Shown here: positions 52,376 through 64,000 of the stretch, in pieces
How positions within the stretch are numbered: the stretch's first letter is position 1
Layout of the letters: the number at the start of each line of letters is the position of its first letter
Source: Okamejei kenojei
Taxonomy: Eukaryota
Reading direction: 5' to 3'
Length of the DNA stretch: 64,000 nt
Assembly (NCBI GenBank): GCA_035221665.1
Contig: CM069160.1
Coordinates: forward strand, 4,092,001-4,156,000
The notes under the pieces: generated by a model
Database searches by the model: none
Seen by the model: the letters and a program-made list of their open reading frames with translations, nothing else
Told to the model about the DNA's origin: nothing
Program-made: the position numbers and the translations under genes

Positions 52376-55300
52376 AGTATGTGGTGCTGTTCCTCCAGTT
52401 GTCTCACTCTGGCAATGGAGGTGGCCCCAAGACAGAAAGGTCAGTAGAGGAATGTGAAGGGATGTTAAAATTGTCAGTAGCTAGGAGCCCTAGCAGTTCA
52501 TAGTCATAGAGTGATATTGCATGGAAACAAGTTCTTCGGCCCATCTTGCCACACCGGCCAACATGTTCCAGCCACATTAGTCCTACTAGCCCACGTTTGG
52601 CACATATCCCTTCAAACCTGTGATATCCATGTATCTGTCTTAAAAGTTGGAATAGTCCCTGCCTCAACTACCTTCTCGGGTAGTCCTGGCAGGTGTTCGG
52701 TGAAACAGTTGCCTAGTCTACATTTGCTCTCGTTGATGCACCGGGCGCCACAGCGGGAACATCAGATGCAGTCTTTTGGCTTAGGCCCCTTCGGTCATGG
52801 CTGACCATGCATGTATCCAGGCTGCTATACCCTATATGGAGGATGTCTGTGCGTGACTTTGTTTAACGTGGGGAGACTGACACACAGACAGCCACCCCAC
52901 GGTCCTTGATAGATCTGAGTCAGGATCCAGTGGAATGGAGTCAAAGACAACTGGAGACCCTTTTCTGCTACAGCCTTCATCCGCCTTCCCAGCCGTTGTG
53001 ATGCTCCACTAACGTCAGCCAGATCAGTTGATAGTCTGTCGCCTGTGATGGAGAAGAAGAGATCAAGAAAGGAGAATGATGCTCAATGTTTCAATGGGAT
53101 CAATACTGTTTTCTTTGTCACATGTGCAACTACACATTTTTTTTGCATATATTACACATGCGGGCGCCACCATGTTGTGGCGCCATTATTGAATGTTCAA
53201 AGTCCGGTCGGTCCGTCCGCTCGTTGTACTGGAGCACTTACCACGAGCCAACATCCCTCTCCTCTCCTGGACATCTCTGTGTCCCAGGAACGGCTCCTGC
53301 AGCCGACCATTAAGGTGCTGGAGGCAATACCCCGGTTCACCCTTCTACCAGCCCACGCTCCTCACATGCAATGTCCCCAGCTCCCTCCCGGTTACGCCGT
53401 CCGATGAGCCTTTGGGCAGGGTACCTATCCTGCCTCAGACGTGTCTAAGGAACTGGATAAATAAGCCCCCTTCCACCACCCTGGTTTCACCAGTTCTACA
53501 GTTCACCTCAGATTCTTGAGGTCACACCTTCCCAGCCAACAATAGACCAACGAAGATTCAACCCTGCTTTAGGTTCTTTGTTGCTGACCCTGATTTGTTC
53601 TGGTCTTTTCTCTCCTCTGGCTCTCACCCCACCCCCTCCTTTCAGTCTGAGTCCCGACACGAAATGTCACCTATCCTTTTTCTCCAGTGATGCTGCCTGG
53701 CCAGCTGAGTTACTCCAGCACTTTGAGTCTATCTGTGGTATGAACCAGCATCTGCAGTTCCTTGTTTTTACAAGAACCAGCGGACATAGATTTAAGGTGA
53801 GAAGAGAAAGATTTAATAGGAACCTGAGGGGCAGGTTTTTCAGAAGATGTTGGGTATTTGGAACCAGCTGCCAGAGGGGGTGGTTGAGGCTGGTACTGTG
53901 ACATTTAAAAATACATTTGGACTGGGACGTGGATAGGAACAGATTAGAGGGATATGGGCTGAACGCGAACAGGTAGATGGGACATCTTGGTCAACATTGA
54001 CGAGATGTGCCGAAGGGCCTGTTTCAGTGCTTCAAATTCAAATTCAATGAAAATAAAATAAAACATATGTAGGAAAGGACTGCAGATGCTGGTTTAAACC
54101 GAAGATAGACACACAAATACGAGATGCTCAGTTTGAAGGTCTCGACCCGAAATGTCACCTATTCCTTTTCTCCAGAGATGCTGTCTGGCCCGCTGAGTTA
54201 CTCCAACTTTTTGTGTCTATCTTCGCTTTAAACCAACATCTGTAGTTCCTTCCTACACATTCTGTTTGCCTCTTTCACTGGCGCTGCAGCGCTGCCCGCC
54301 ACGGAACTCCCCCAGTAGCGACACTGTCGGCTGTGGCCGGTGGGGCAATACATTCAACTTCCAGAGAAAACAACAGCGGTCTCCATGCGGGCAGAATCAA
54401 AAGCTGCCAGTACCGAGTGAAACCTCGCCACAGATGAAGGCAACTTGAGGTGCGGTTTTGTAACGACTCGTACTGCAACCCCGAGCCCCACTCAGGTACG
54501 GCGCGACCCAACACATGTCGGGATATACAGCGGGTTCCGAAGCTGGAACTTGCAAGCTGTAAACATGGCGTGTACACAAGTCTTTAACTGAATACACGCC
54601 TTCCCATGAGAAGGAGTCAGTTGCATTAGAAGTAATCAGCTGCATTATACTAAATCCACACCCGAGCAGTTTGCATCTTCCAGCGAGAAAAGTTATTTTA
54701 TTTGCAATGTTCGAGTGAGTTCATTCAACCCTCGATATTTTTTTACACGCTCGAAGATCGTCTTTTTGCGATCAAACTGCAAAAATTGGGCCCCGGGCTG
54801 AAGTGAATCAAAGGCCTCTTGTAACTTTTTAACGACCTTGTGTAAAATGGCGCTTTAAATAGTAACTCAGGCGCACACTGTAAAGCCGTGTTTGAACATG
54901 TAGTCTGGGCTCGGACTGACCCGGGACACTCTAAGACAAAGTTATCTGGGAACTGGTAGAAAGCGGACCACACTCAATAAAACGATCATTATAGCAAGCC
55001 TGAATGGATACAGGCGCTGAACTTTTCAGATGACACTAATTGTGTTATAAGTTTAGAGAGCTATTTTTACAGAGGCCAATTAACCCACAAACGTAGCTTT
55101 CGGATATGGGAGAAAACCCACGCAGTCACAGCGAGAAAGTGTAAATGCTACATATACGGCACCCGAGGGCAGGCTCGAACCCGGGACCGTGGCGCTGTGA
55201 GGCAGCAGCTCTATCAGCTGTTCCACTATGCTGCCCTCACGGAGCAAACCGTCCAAACGTGTCTTCCCTGTAAACAGGTCACGACACTGTTCTGTTTCAG

Positions 55301-55582
55301 GCTTTTACATGTTACTCTGACGCATCAGGGACTGCCGAAAATAGACACAACAAGCTGGAGTAACTCAGCGGGACAGGCAGCATAACTGGAGTGAAGGAAT
55401 GAATGACGTGTCGGGTTGAGACCCTTCTTCAAATGCCGAGTTTAAAATTAACTTTCCTGATCAATGTCGTCCTTCACCCAATCGCATTCTCCACGTTCCT
55501 TCCGCATTCCATCTCCGCCATTTGAAACATGACTGGTTCATGCTTTTTCAGTTCTGTGCAACACTTCTTAAATGAGCAGGAT

Positions 55583-55848
55583 CCCCCCCCCCCCCCCCCC
55601 CCACCGCTAAACGCACACTATCTATCTGTGCCTCTCTCTCCCCTTCCCCCCCACCTTCTTCCTCCATTCCTCTCTCCCCCCTTACTCTATCGCCCTCTCC
55701 CCCTTCCCTATCCACTCCCCTATCCCCTCCTCTCCCCCTCCCCTCCTCTCCCCTCCCTCCTCCTCTCCCCTCCCTCAACGCCATCCTCTCCCTCTCCCCT
55801 CCTTCCTCTCCCCTCCATCCTCTCCCCCTCCACCCCCCACCCTCCTTC
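55583..55848. repeat. C/T-rich low-complexity tract
   Basis: Polypyrimidine simple sequence. Confidence 0.85.
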
Positions 55849-56996
55849 TACAGACTTATTCTGTCTCCTTGGATGAATAATTCCGAAGAAGGTTCCCAAC
55901 CCCAAAACATCACCTGTGCATGCTCTCCAGGGATGCTGTTATCCAAGGATCCTGCCTGATGCACTCAGTTACTCCAGCACTCATTATAAACCAACATCTG
56001 CAGTTCTTTGTTTCTAAATGCTGGACATCCTAAGCTGGCCAGGAAACAGCTATGGAGGGACGAACAGTGCTGTTCCTGTCTTGAGAAGTGTCTCGACCCG
56101 AAACGTCACCTATTCCTTTTCTCCAGAGATGCTGTCTGACCCGCTGAATTACTCCACCTTTTTGTGTCTGTCTTCTGATGTCTCAGACGTTTGTGTCAAA
56201 CACAGTGCTAGAGGAAAATGTACAGGTGATGTTTTGGGTCTGGATTTTTATTCATACAGAAAGAGTCAATTTCCTTCCACAAATGCTGCTTGGCCTGCTG
56301 AGTTCCTCTTGTACTTTGTGCTGTTGCTCAAGATTTTGACTTGTGCAGGGTGACCTTTCTGGTTGGCTCCAGCACGAACTGGACAGGCTGTTTATCTGAA
56401 ATTCCTGAATTTAACATTAACGCCTGAACACTGACATTTCCCAAGTTGAATGTTGACGTGCTGTTCCTCGAGTTTGTATTGTTGTTTGGAAGTGTGTGAA
56501 AGGCCAAAGATCAAGAATGAGGCGGAGAATTTAATTAACGGGCAATGACTTTAATCACAGTTGTAGGATAACTGAATTGTCAATTATTTGCCGAGTCCAG
56601 TATTAGCGTTTAAAACATTTATTCAGGTACAATGGTTATACGGTATCGGAGCGGAGCATTTAAAGATATGCAGACCTTAACTAAAAACTGAACATATCAT
56701 AACTAACAAAACAAAAATGACTTTGGAATTAGAAATACCGTAACCAGAGAACAGTCCTGGACTACTACCTACCTCATTGGAGATGCTCGCACTATCTTTG
56801 AACAGACCTTACTGGCTTTACCTTGCACTAAACATTATTTATTCCCCTATCGTGTATCTATACACTGCGAATGGTTCGATTGTAATCATGCATTATCATT
56901 CTGCTGGTTTGCACACAACAAGAGCTTTTCACTGTACCTCAGTACATGTGACAATAAACTACAGTGAACAATTAAACAACTAAAGACTGAACATAA

Positions 56997-57629
56997 CGGG
57001 CCTGTCCCACTTGGCGATTCCTTCGGCCACTGCCGGTATCAGTGACTGACTTATCAGGTCATCGAAAAATTTGCGGCGTGATGACGTATGATGCGGCGGT
57101 GATGTGGCGTGATGATGTATGATGCGGCGTGATGACGTATGATGCGGCGGTGACGTGGCGTGATGACGTATGATGCGGCGGTGACGTGGCGTGATGACGT
57201 ATGATGCGGCGTGATGATGTATGATGCGGCGTGATGACGTATGATGCGGCGGTGACGTGGCGTGATGACGTATGATGCGGCGGTGACGTGGCGTGATGAT
57301 GTATGATGCGGCGTGATGATGTATGATGCGGCGTGATGACGTATGATGCGGCGGTGACGTGGCGTGATGATGTATGATGGGGCGGTGACGTGGCGTGATG
57401 ATGTATGATGGGGCGGTGACGTGGCGTGATGACGTATGATGCGGCGGTGACGTGGCGTGATGATGTATGATGGGGCGTTGACGTGGCGTGATGACGTATG
57501 GCACACGGTGTTTTTTCAAGTGACTCAACTTTTTTTTGTCGCTGCTGGATTTTGAAATGTTCAAAATCTTTTGGCGATACTGATATGACGCCGGCAGTCG
57601 CCGAAAAATCGTCAAGTGGGACAGGCCCT
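56997..57629. mobile_element. PIF/Harbinger-like non-autonomous DNA transposon (MITE) with internal minisatellite
   Basis: ~38-bp TIRs GGGCCTGTCCCACTTG(G/A)CGATT...CTGCCGG; TAA on both flanks (56994-56996, 57630-57632). Confidence 0.82.
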
Positions 57630-59299
57630 TAACTAACAGATGAACGACACTGACCATTCGACTAAACACTTTCACACAGATCGCACTCTGAACACACAGC
57701 TGATAAAGCAGCTTCTTTATCTCTACAGGATAATTAGGATGTATCAAGTACCAACCTACGATGTGGCGCTAATTGCTCACAGTTTTGTCTGGGTTCTGAT
57801 CAGTTGTGACCTTGAGTTCACAAGCTAGTCCTTGTCTCTGTGTTCCGCAGACTTGTTTTCGAGCGGTTGATTTTTTTATATAAACTAACCCCAACAATTC
57901 TCTGCAAACCCTTTCAACCGTTCCCTATTGTTCCCTACCCCCCTCTATTTTTCCTGCAATTTAAGATAAGGTTTGATGTCTGCAATGTTCCATGAAGGAA
58001 GGTCTTTGTTCTGTAACATCAATTCTGTATTTAATTCTCAACGTTTACTGCCTGATCTGCGCATTAACAGCAATTTATTTAGCAGTTTAGTTTACAGATA
58101 CAGCGTGGGAACAGGCCCGCCGAGTACACGCCGACCAGTAATTACTCCTACACTACAGTGCAGAGGGTGGCACAGAAGTGCAGCGGTAGAGTTGCTGCCT
58201 TACAGCGCCAGAGACTCCAGTTCGACCTTGACTACAGGTGCTGTCTGCACGCAGTTTGTACAGTATGTTCTCCCTGTGATCGTGTGGGATTTTTCCCGGT
58301 GCTCCAGTTTCCTCCCGCATTCCAATGACATGCAGATTTGTAGTTTGATTGGCTTCTGTAGATCGACTCTAGAGTGCAGGATAGAACTAGTATGGATGAT
58401 TGCCGGTCCACATGGACACGGTGGGCCAGAGGGCTTGGTTCACGCTGTGTCACTAAACTAGAATATGGGCACAGTTAATGCAGGATTTGAAGGCCTGAGC
58501 TACAGGGAGAGATTAGGTTGGGTAGGACGTTATTCCTTGCAGTGCAGGGGGCTGAGGGGTATCTTTTATAGAGCTGTTTACAATGATGAGGGGGATAGAA
58601 ATTGTGAATGCACAGTTTTTTTGTTTCCCATGATAGGGAAATGAAGAAATAGGGACATCGGTTTAATGTGAGAGGGGATAGACAATAGCAGCCTGTGGGG
58701 AAATATTTTTACACCGAGGGTGGGACGTTCCAGGTGAAGTGATTGAGGCGGGTACAACAACAACATTCAGAAGGCATTTTAATAGTTGCATGGATAGAAA
58801 ACATTTGGAGGGATGTGGGTCAAATGCAAACAAATGGATCTAGCTTAGATGAGGCAGTTTATTGGGCTTGGGCAAGTTGGGGCACATGGCTTGTTTCCTT
58901 TGAAGTTAGGCACAAAATGCAGGAGTAACTGAGTGGGACAGCCAGCATCACTGGATAGAAGGAATAGGTGACATTTTGGGCCCTGAAGAAGGGTCTCCAC
59001 CCTAAACGTCACCCATTCTTTCTATCCAGAAATGGGCCTGTCCCATCAAGTCATGCCAGCATGTTGTGTCTATCTTTGGTGTAAACCAGCGTCTGCAATT
59101 CCTTCCTACACGTGGCATGTTTCCGTGCCATATGATTCTGACTCACTGATGATGAATGTCTAATTGTTAGAAATGCAGTGGAAATTAATTTCATTGAAAT
59201 TTGTCAGAACAGAGTATGTTATGCCACAGGGAAAACTTGAAGATTCAATTTTGTGGGAATTGGTTTATTGTTCAAAGTTTTGATCAGGTTAATGGTCCG

Positions 59300-60400
59300 G
59301 GTAAGTGACTGAAGTGGCCGTGAGCAAAACCTTTAGGAGCAGCAGCCACTGTTCTATGAAGATTAAAGTCGTCATGGAAAAGGACAGGGCAGGCCCACAT
59401 GCTAAAATTCTGATTTGGAGCAAAGCCAATTTTAATGGTATTAGACAGGAACTTACTAAAGCATGTTTTAGAGCAGATGGATCGAGGAGTGCAGGTACAA
59501 TGCTGGGTGGCACTGAGCTGTGAGGAGGATGCTATGAGGCTGCAGGGTGACTTGGATAGTTTGGGTGAGTGGGTAGATGCATGGCAGATGCAGTATAATG
59601 TGGTTAAATGTAAGGTTATTCACTTTGGTGACAAGAACAAGAAGGCAGATTATTATCTGAATGGTGTCAGATTAGGAAAAGGGGATGTGCAACGAGAACT
59701 GGTGTCCTTGTACATCAGTAATTGAAAGTAAGCATGTAGGTACAGCAGGCAGTGAAGAAAGCTAATGGCATGTTGGCCTTAATTGCAAGAGGATTTGAGT
59801 TTAGGAGCCAGAAGGTCATACTGCAGTTGTACAGGGCCCTGGTCAGATCGCACCTGGAGTATTGTGTGCAGCTTTGGTCTCCAAATTTCAGGAAGGGCAT
59901 TCTGGCCATTCGGGGATTACAGCATAGGTTCATCAGGTTAATTCCTGGGATGGCAGGACTGACATATGCTGAAAGAATAGAATGACTGGGCTTGTATCAC
60001 TGGAATTTCGAAGGATGAGTGTGGATCCTATAGAAACATTTAAAATTCTAAAGGGATTCGACAGGCTATTGGAGGAAACATGTTCCCGATGTTGGGGGAG
60101 TCCAGAACCAGGGGCACAGTTTAAGAATAAGGGGTAGGCCATTTAGGACTGAGATGAAAATCTTTTTCACCCAGAGAGTTGTGAATCTGTGGAATTCACT
60201 GCCACATAAGGCAGTGGAGGACAATTCACTGGATATTTTCAAGGGAGAGTTAGATTTAGCTCTTAGGCCTAACAAAATCAAGGGAATGGGGGAAAGAGCA
60301 GGAACGGGGTACTGATTTTGGATGATCAGCCATGATCATATTGAATGGCGGTGCTGGCTCGAAGGGCAGAATGGTCTACTCGTGCACCTGTTTTCTTTGT
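59300..60400 (+). mobile_element. CR1 LINE fragment, internally deleted
   Basis: WQMQYNV.KCKVIHFG, LYRALVRSHLEYCVQ, conserved 3' UTR. Confidence 0.88.
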
Positions 60401-61960
60401 TTACTTAGTTCCCTGTAGTATGTCTGAAGAACGGTCCCAACCTGAAACATCACCGATCCGTATTCTCCAAAGATGCTGATAACAAAGAATAATGGAATTT
60501 GATTTTTTCCAAAGATCGGCACAAACTGCTGGAGTAACACAGGGAGCCTGGGCAGCATCCATAGAGAATGTGGATAGGAAATGTTTTTAGTCAGAACCCT
60601 TCTTCGGACTGATTGTAGGGGTTGGGAAAGAAAGCAGGAAAAGAGGAGGGACAGGACACAGCATGTGTTCATCTATTACCGCCCATCGGGTTCCGACACA
60701 AAACGTCACCTATTCATATTCTACTGGGATGCTGCTTAACCCACTGAGTTACTCCAGCACTTTGTGTCTCTGTCCCAGAGAGTTACTCTGATTACTCCAA
60801 CATTTTCTGTGTTGACAATAGGATGTGTGCATACACAAAGATCATACAAAGACCAATGTTATAAACGGCCAGGTTACATGTTACAAGCCATTTCTGTGCA
60901 GCTGTAACACAATATTCTGCACTATGCTCAATTTTCTCTTCACAGTATCTATTGAACATGTTGGGCTTCATATATCTTTACTGGATACAGTTTTTCTATG
61001 TATATATTAAGATGCAGATCATTATCTTATACACTTCTGTAAGATGACCGCACATCCTCCTGCGCTCCAAGGAATAAAATCCTAGGCTGCCCATCCTCTC
61101 CCTATAGATTAGGTCCTCGAGCACTTGGATCATCCTATAATGGTAAATAAACCTTTTTTTCAGCTGTGTGTTCAAAGTGAATTCTGTGTGAATGTTTTTA
61201 GTTGAATCGCCCAGTTCAGTCTTTTAGTTATAATTAGATTTTATTAGTTATGATATGTTCAGTTTTTAGTTAAGGTCTGCAGCTATTTTAATGCTTTGCT
61301 TTGCTCCAGTACCAAATAACCATTTTGCTTGAATGAAAATTTTAAACGCTGATACTGGACTCAGGAAATCATTATGAATTCAGTGATGGGACAATGGGAT
61401 TTATCATCTTGTGTTGGAAGTGAAAGGCGGTGCCTCTGACAAGGCAGGAGCACTCTTTGGACTTTAGACGTTAGAGATACAGAGTGAAAACTGGCCATTT
61501 GGCCCACCGAGTCCTTGCCGACCAGTGATCACCCCGTACACTGGCACTACCCTACCCACTAGGGACAATTTACAATAAAGCCAATTAACCTACAAACCTG
61601 CACCTCTTTGGAATGTGCGAGGAAACCAGAGCACCCAGAGAAAACCCACGTGGTCACAGACAGAACGTGCAAACTCCGCACAGACTGCACCCGTAGGATC
61701 GAACTGGGTCTCTTGTGCTGTGAGGCAGCAACTCTACCGCTGTGTCACTGTGCCACCACTCCCTTCATGCTGGAGCTTTGGCCTAAGTTGAATGCTCTGA
61801 TCTCCAGAGGAACATTTGTACTGGGAGCAAATAGGACATGTACACCACAGGTTCCACCTAATCAACAATGAAACAACGCAGGAAGACACTACATTTAGAT
61901 GTTTATGTTTTACTCCACAGATTTTGACAGAAGTTTGCTGAGAAAGCTGGACCTTGGAGA

Positions 61961-62374
61961 ATGGCCTCCCTACCACCCCTTGGTAGACTCTTCAGCGAGG
62001 TGACCTGCTCCATCTGCCTGGATTTCTTCCAGGAGCCAGTGGCCCTGGAGTGCGACCACAACTTCTGCCGGCTGTGCATCTCACGGAGCTGGGAGAAGGG
62101 CGACGCCTTCTACTCCTGCCCCGAGTGCAGGGAGGTGTTCAAGGAGAAGAGGTTGAAGCCCAACCGCATGCTGGCCAACATTGTGGAGGGCGTGAGGGAG
62201 CTGAAGCTGGAGCCCCGCCAGGGACAGTCGGCCTTCTACTGCCAGCGGCACGAGGAGAGGCACAAGCTCTTCTGTCTGGAGTGCCAGGGTGTCATCTGCG
62301 TGGTTTGCTCTTGCTCCAGTGAGCACCAAGGCCACGTCATCATCCCCATCGAGGAGGCTTACATCCTATACAAA
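61961..62374 (+). CDS. TRIM-family E3 ligase, first coding exon (RING + B-box2); the rest lies beyond the window
   Basis: C3HC4 RING CSIC..CDHNFCRLC..CPEC, PNRMLANIVE, B-box CQRH..CLEC..CVVC..HQGH; acceptor ccacag at 61920, donor AAA|gtaagt. Confidence 0.93.
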
Positions 62375-63696
62375 GTAAGTTTCTTCAAAGCGTCAAACAG
62401 CATGGAGACAGGCCCTTTGGTCCTACATCTGAAGAAGGGTCTCAATCCGAAACATCACCCATTCCTTCTCTCCAGAGATGCTGCCTGTCCCGCTGAGTTA
62501 CTCCAGTTGTTTATGTTTCCCCTTTGTCCTATGTATCCATGCCAACCTATATAACCCATCTAAGCTCGTCTCATTTGCCCGTGTTTTGTATCTCTCAAAA
62601 CCTGTCCAACCATCTTTTAAATTGTGTTTTAGGTTTAGGTTTATTATTGTCACATGTGCCCAGGTACAGTGAAAAATATTGTTTTACATGCTGTCCAATC
62701 AAAATCAGATCAACGTTAGATATTAGAGATATAGCACGGAAACAGTGCTATATTTCACCCACCAAGTCTGTACCATCCAGCAATCACCCCTCACACTAAC
62801 ACTATCCTACAGACCAAGGATAATTTTATAAGTTACCAAAGCCAATTAACCTACTAACCTGTATGTCTTTGGCGTGTGGGAGGAAACTCACGCAGTCACA
62901 GGGAGAATGTACAGATTGTGTAGAGACAGCATCTGCAGTCATGATGGAACCTGGATCTCTGGGGCTGTAAGGCAGCAACCCTATCTCTACGCCACTGTGC
63001 TGCCCGCATAATACTCCACATAAATACACTCGTCAAACTCGGGTATAATATGTGGAGTGAAGGGAAAGATACAGAGGGCAGAGTATAGTTTTCCACATTG
63101 TAGCGCAACAGTTTCAGAGACAATGTCCAAGGTCTACAATGAGGTGGAGCAAAATCAAACTGTGCCCTGCCTCATGGAAGGGCCATTGAGAAGCCTGATA
63201 CCACATGGGAATAAACTTTGCTGAGTCGGGTAGTGTGTACTTTCAAGCTTCTGTATCTTCAACCCAACGAGGAGAAGAAGGAAAGAGGGGGGTGCAACAT
63301 TCTTTGATTATGTTGACTGCTTTCCCGAGGCAGCATGATGTGTGGATGGAGTCACTAGTGGGGAGCTTAGTCTTCATTTCTTTAGCAAGAGGGTGATGAA
63401 TCTGTGGAATTTATTGCCACAGACAGCTGTGGATGCCATCATTGGCTATTTTTAAAGCAGAGATTGATAGATTCATGATTGGTAAGTGCGTCCAAGGTCA
63501 CAGGCATGAGAATGAGGTTGAGAGGAAAAAATAGATCAGCCATGATTGAATGGCAGAGTAGACTTGATGGGCTCAATAACCTAATTCTGCTCCCATGTCT
63601 TATGGTCTGTGTGATGGAGCGGGCTGCTTTTTACAATTACTTGCAGTCATGGGCAGAGCTCTTCCCAAACCAAGCCATGATGCATCCCAACAGTAA

Positions 63697-64000
63697 GATT
63701 TATTTAGGGAACGGGAGTTCCCCTCTTCTATTATAGATGAGGCTCTCACTAGGGTCTCCTCGATATCCCACAGCTCTGCTCTTGCTTCCCCCCCCCCATT
63801 CGTAACAAGGACAGAGTCCCCCTTGTCGTCGCCTTCCACCCCACCAGCCGTCGCACTCAGCATATAATCCTCCGACATTTTCGACACCTCCAACAGGATC
63901 CCACCACTGGCCACATCTTCCCATCTCAACCCCATTATGCTTTCCACAGAGACCGTTCCCTCCGCAACTCTCTACTCAACTTGTCTACTCCCACCCAAAC
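63697..64000 (+). mobile_element. Penelope-like element fragment (runs off the window end)
   Basis: Encodes RNKDRVPLV..FHPTSRR..HIILRHFRHLQQDPTT.HIFPS, homologous to 40596-40883. Confidence 0.82.

Noticed and set aside
56980-57747. His/Arg-rich 255-aa ORF
   Set aside because: Translation of the minisatellite within the MITE
62375-62554. C-terminal 59 aa of the TRIM ORF
   Set aside because: Intron read-through into SINE/pLTR sequence after a canonical gtaagt donor

Overview
Eukaryotic, repeat-dense genomic window, most likely a cartilaginous fish (shark/skate/ray; inferred from the CR1-type LINE tails, tRNA-derived SINEs and gene families), with two N gaps. Four host genes can be rebuilt by hand from splice sites. 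(1) A two-exon GPR139/GPR142-like 7TM receptor (+, 5545-9965, frameshifted). (2) A complete five-exon non-classical MHC class I-like heavy-chain gene (+, 17927-33922, ~369 aa) with a hydrophobic groove that lacks several peptide-anchor residues. (3) A second, intact GPR139-like receptor (-, 42761-44509, ~323 aa). (4) The RING/B-box exon of a TRIM gene (+, 61961-62374). Mobile DNA includes two DIRS-type tyrosine-recombinase retrotransposons (one near complete, with ICR, inserted into a SINE in the MHC intron), an IR/DR Tc1 transposon, a PIF/Harbinger-like MITE with a CpG-rich minisatellite, many CR1 and Rex1/L2-like LINE fragments, SINEs and Penelope-like elements. About 15 short dispersed repeats carry a minimal hammerhead-ribozyme motif (CTGAAGA-A-GGGTCTCGACCC-GAAACGTC), often inside inverted-repeat hairpins. 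All family assignments come from motif recognition; no database search was run.
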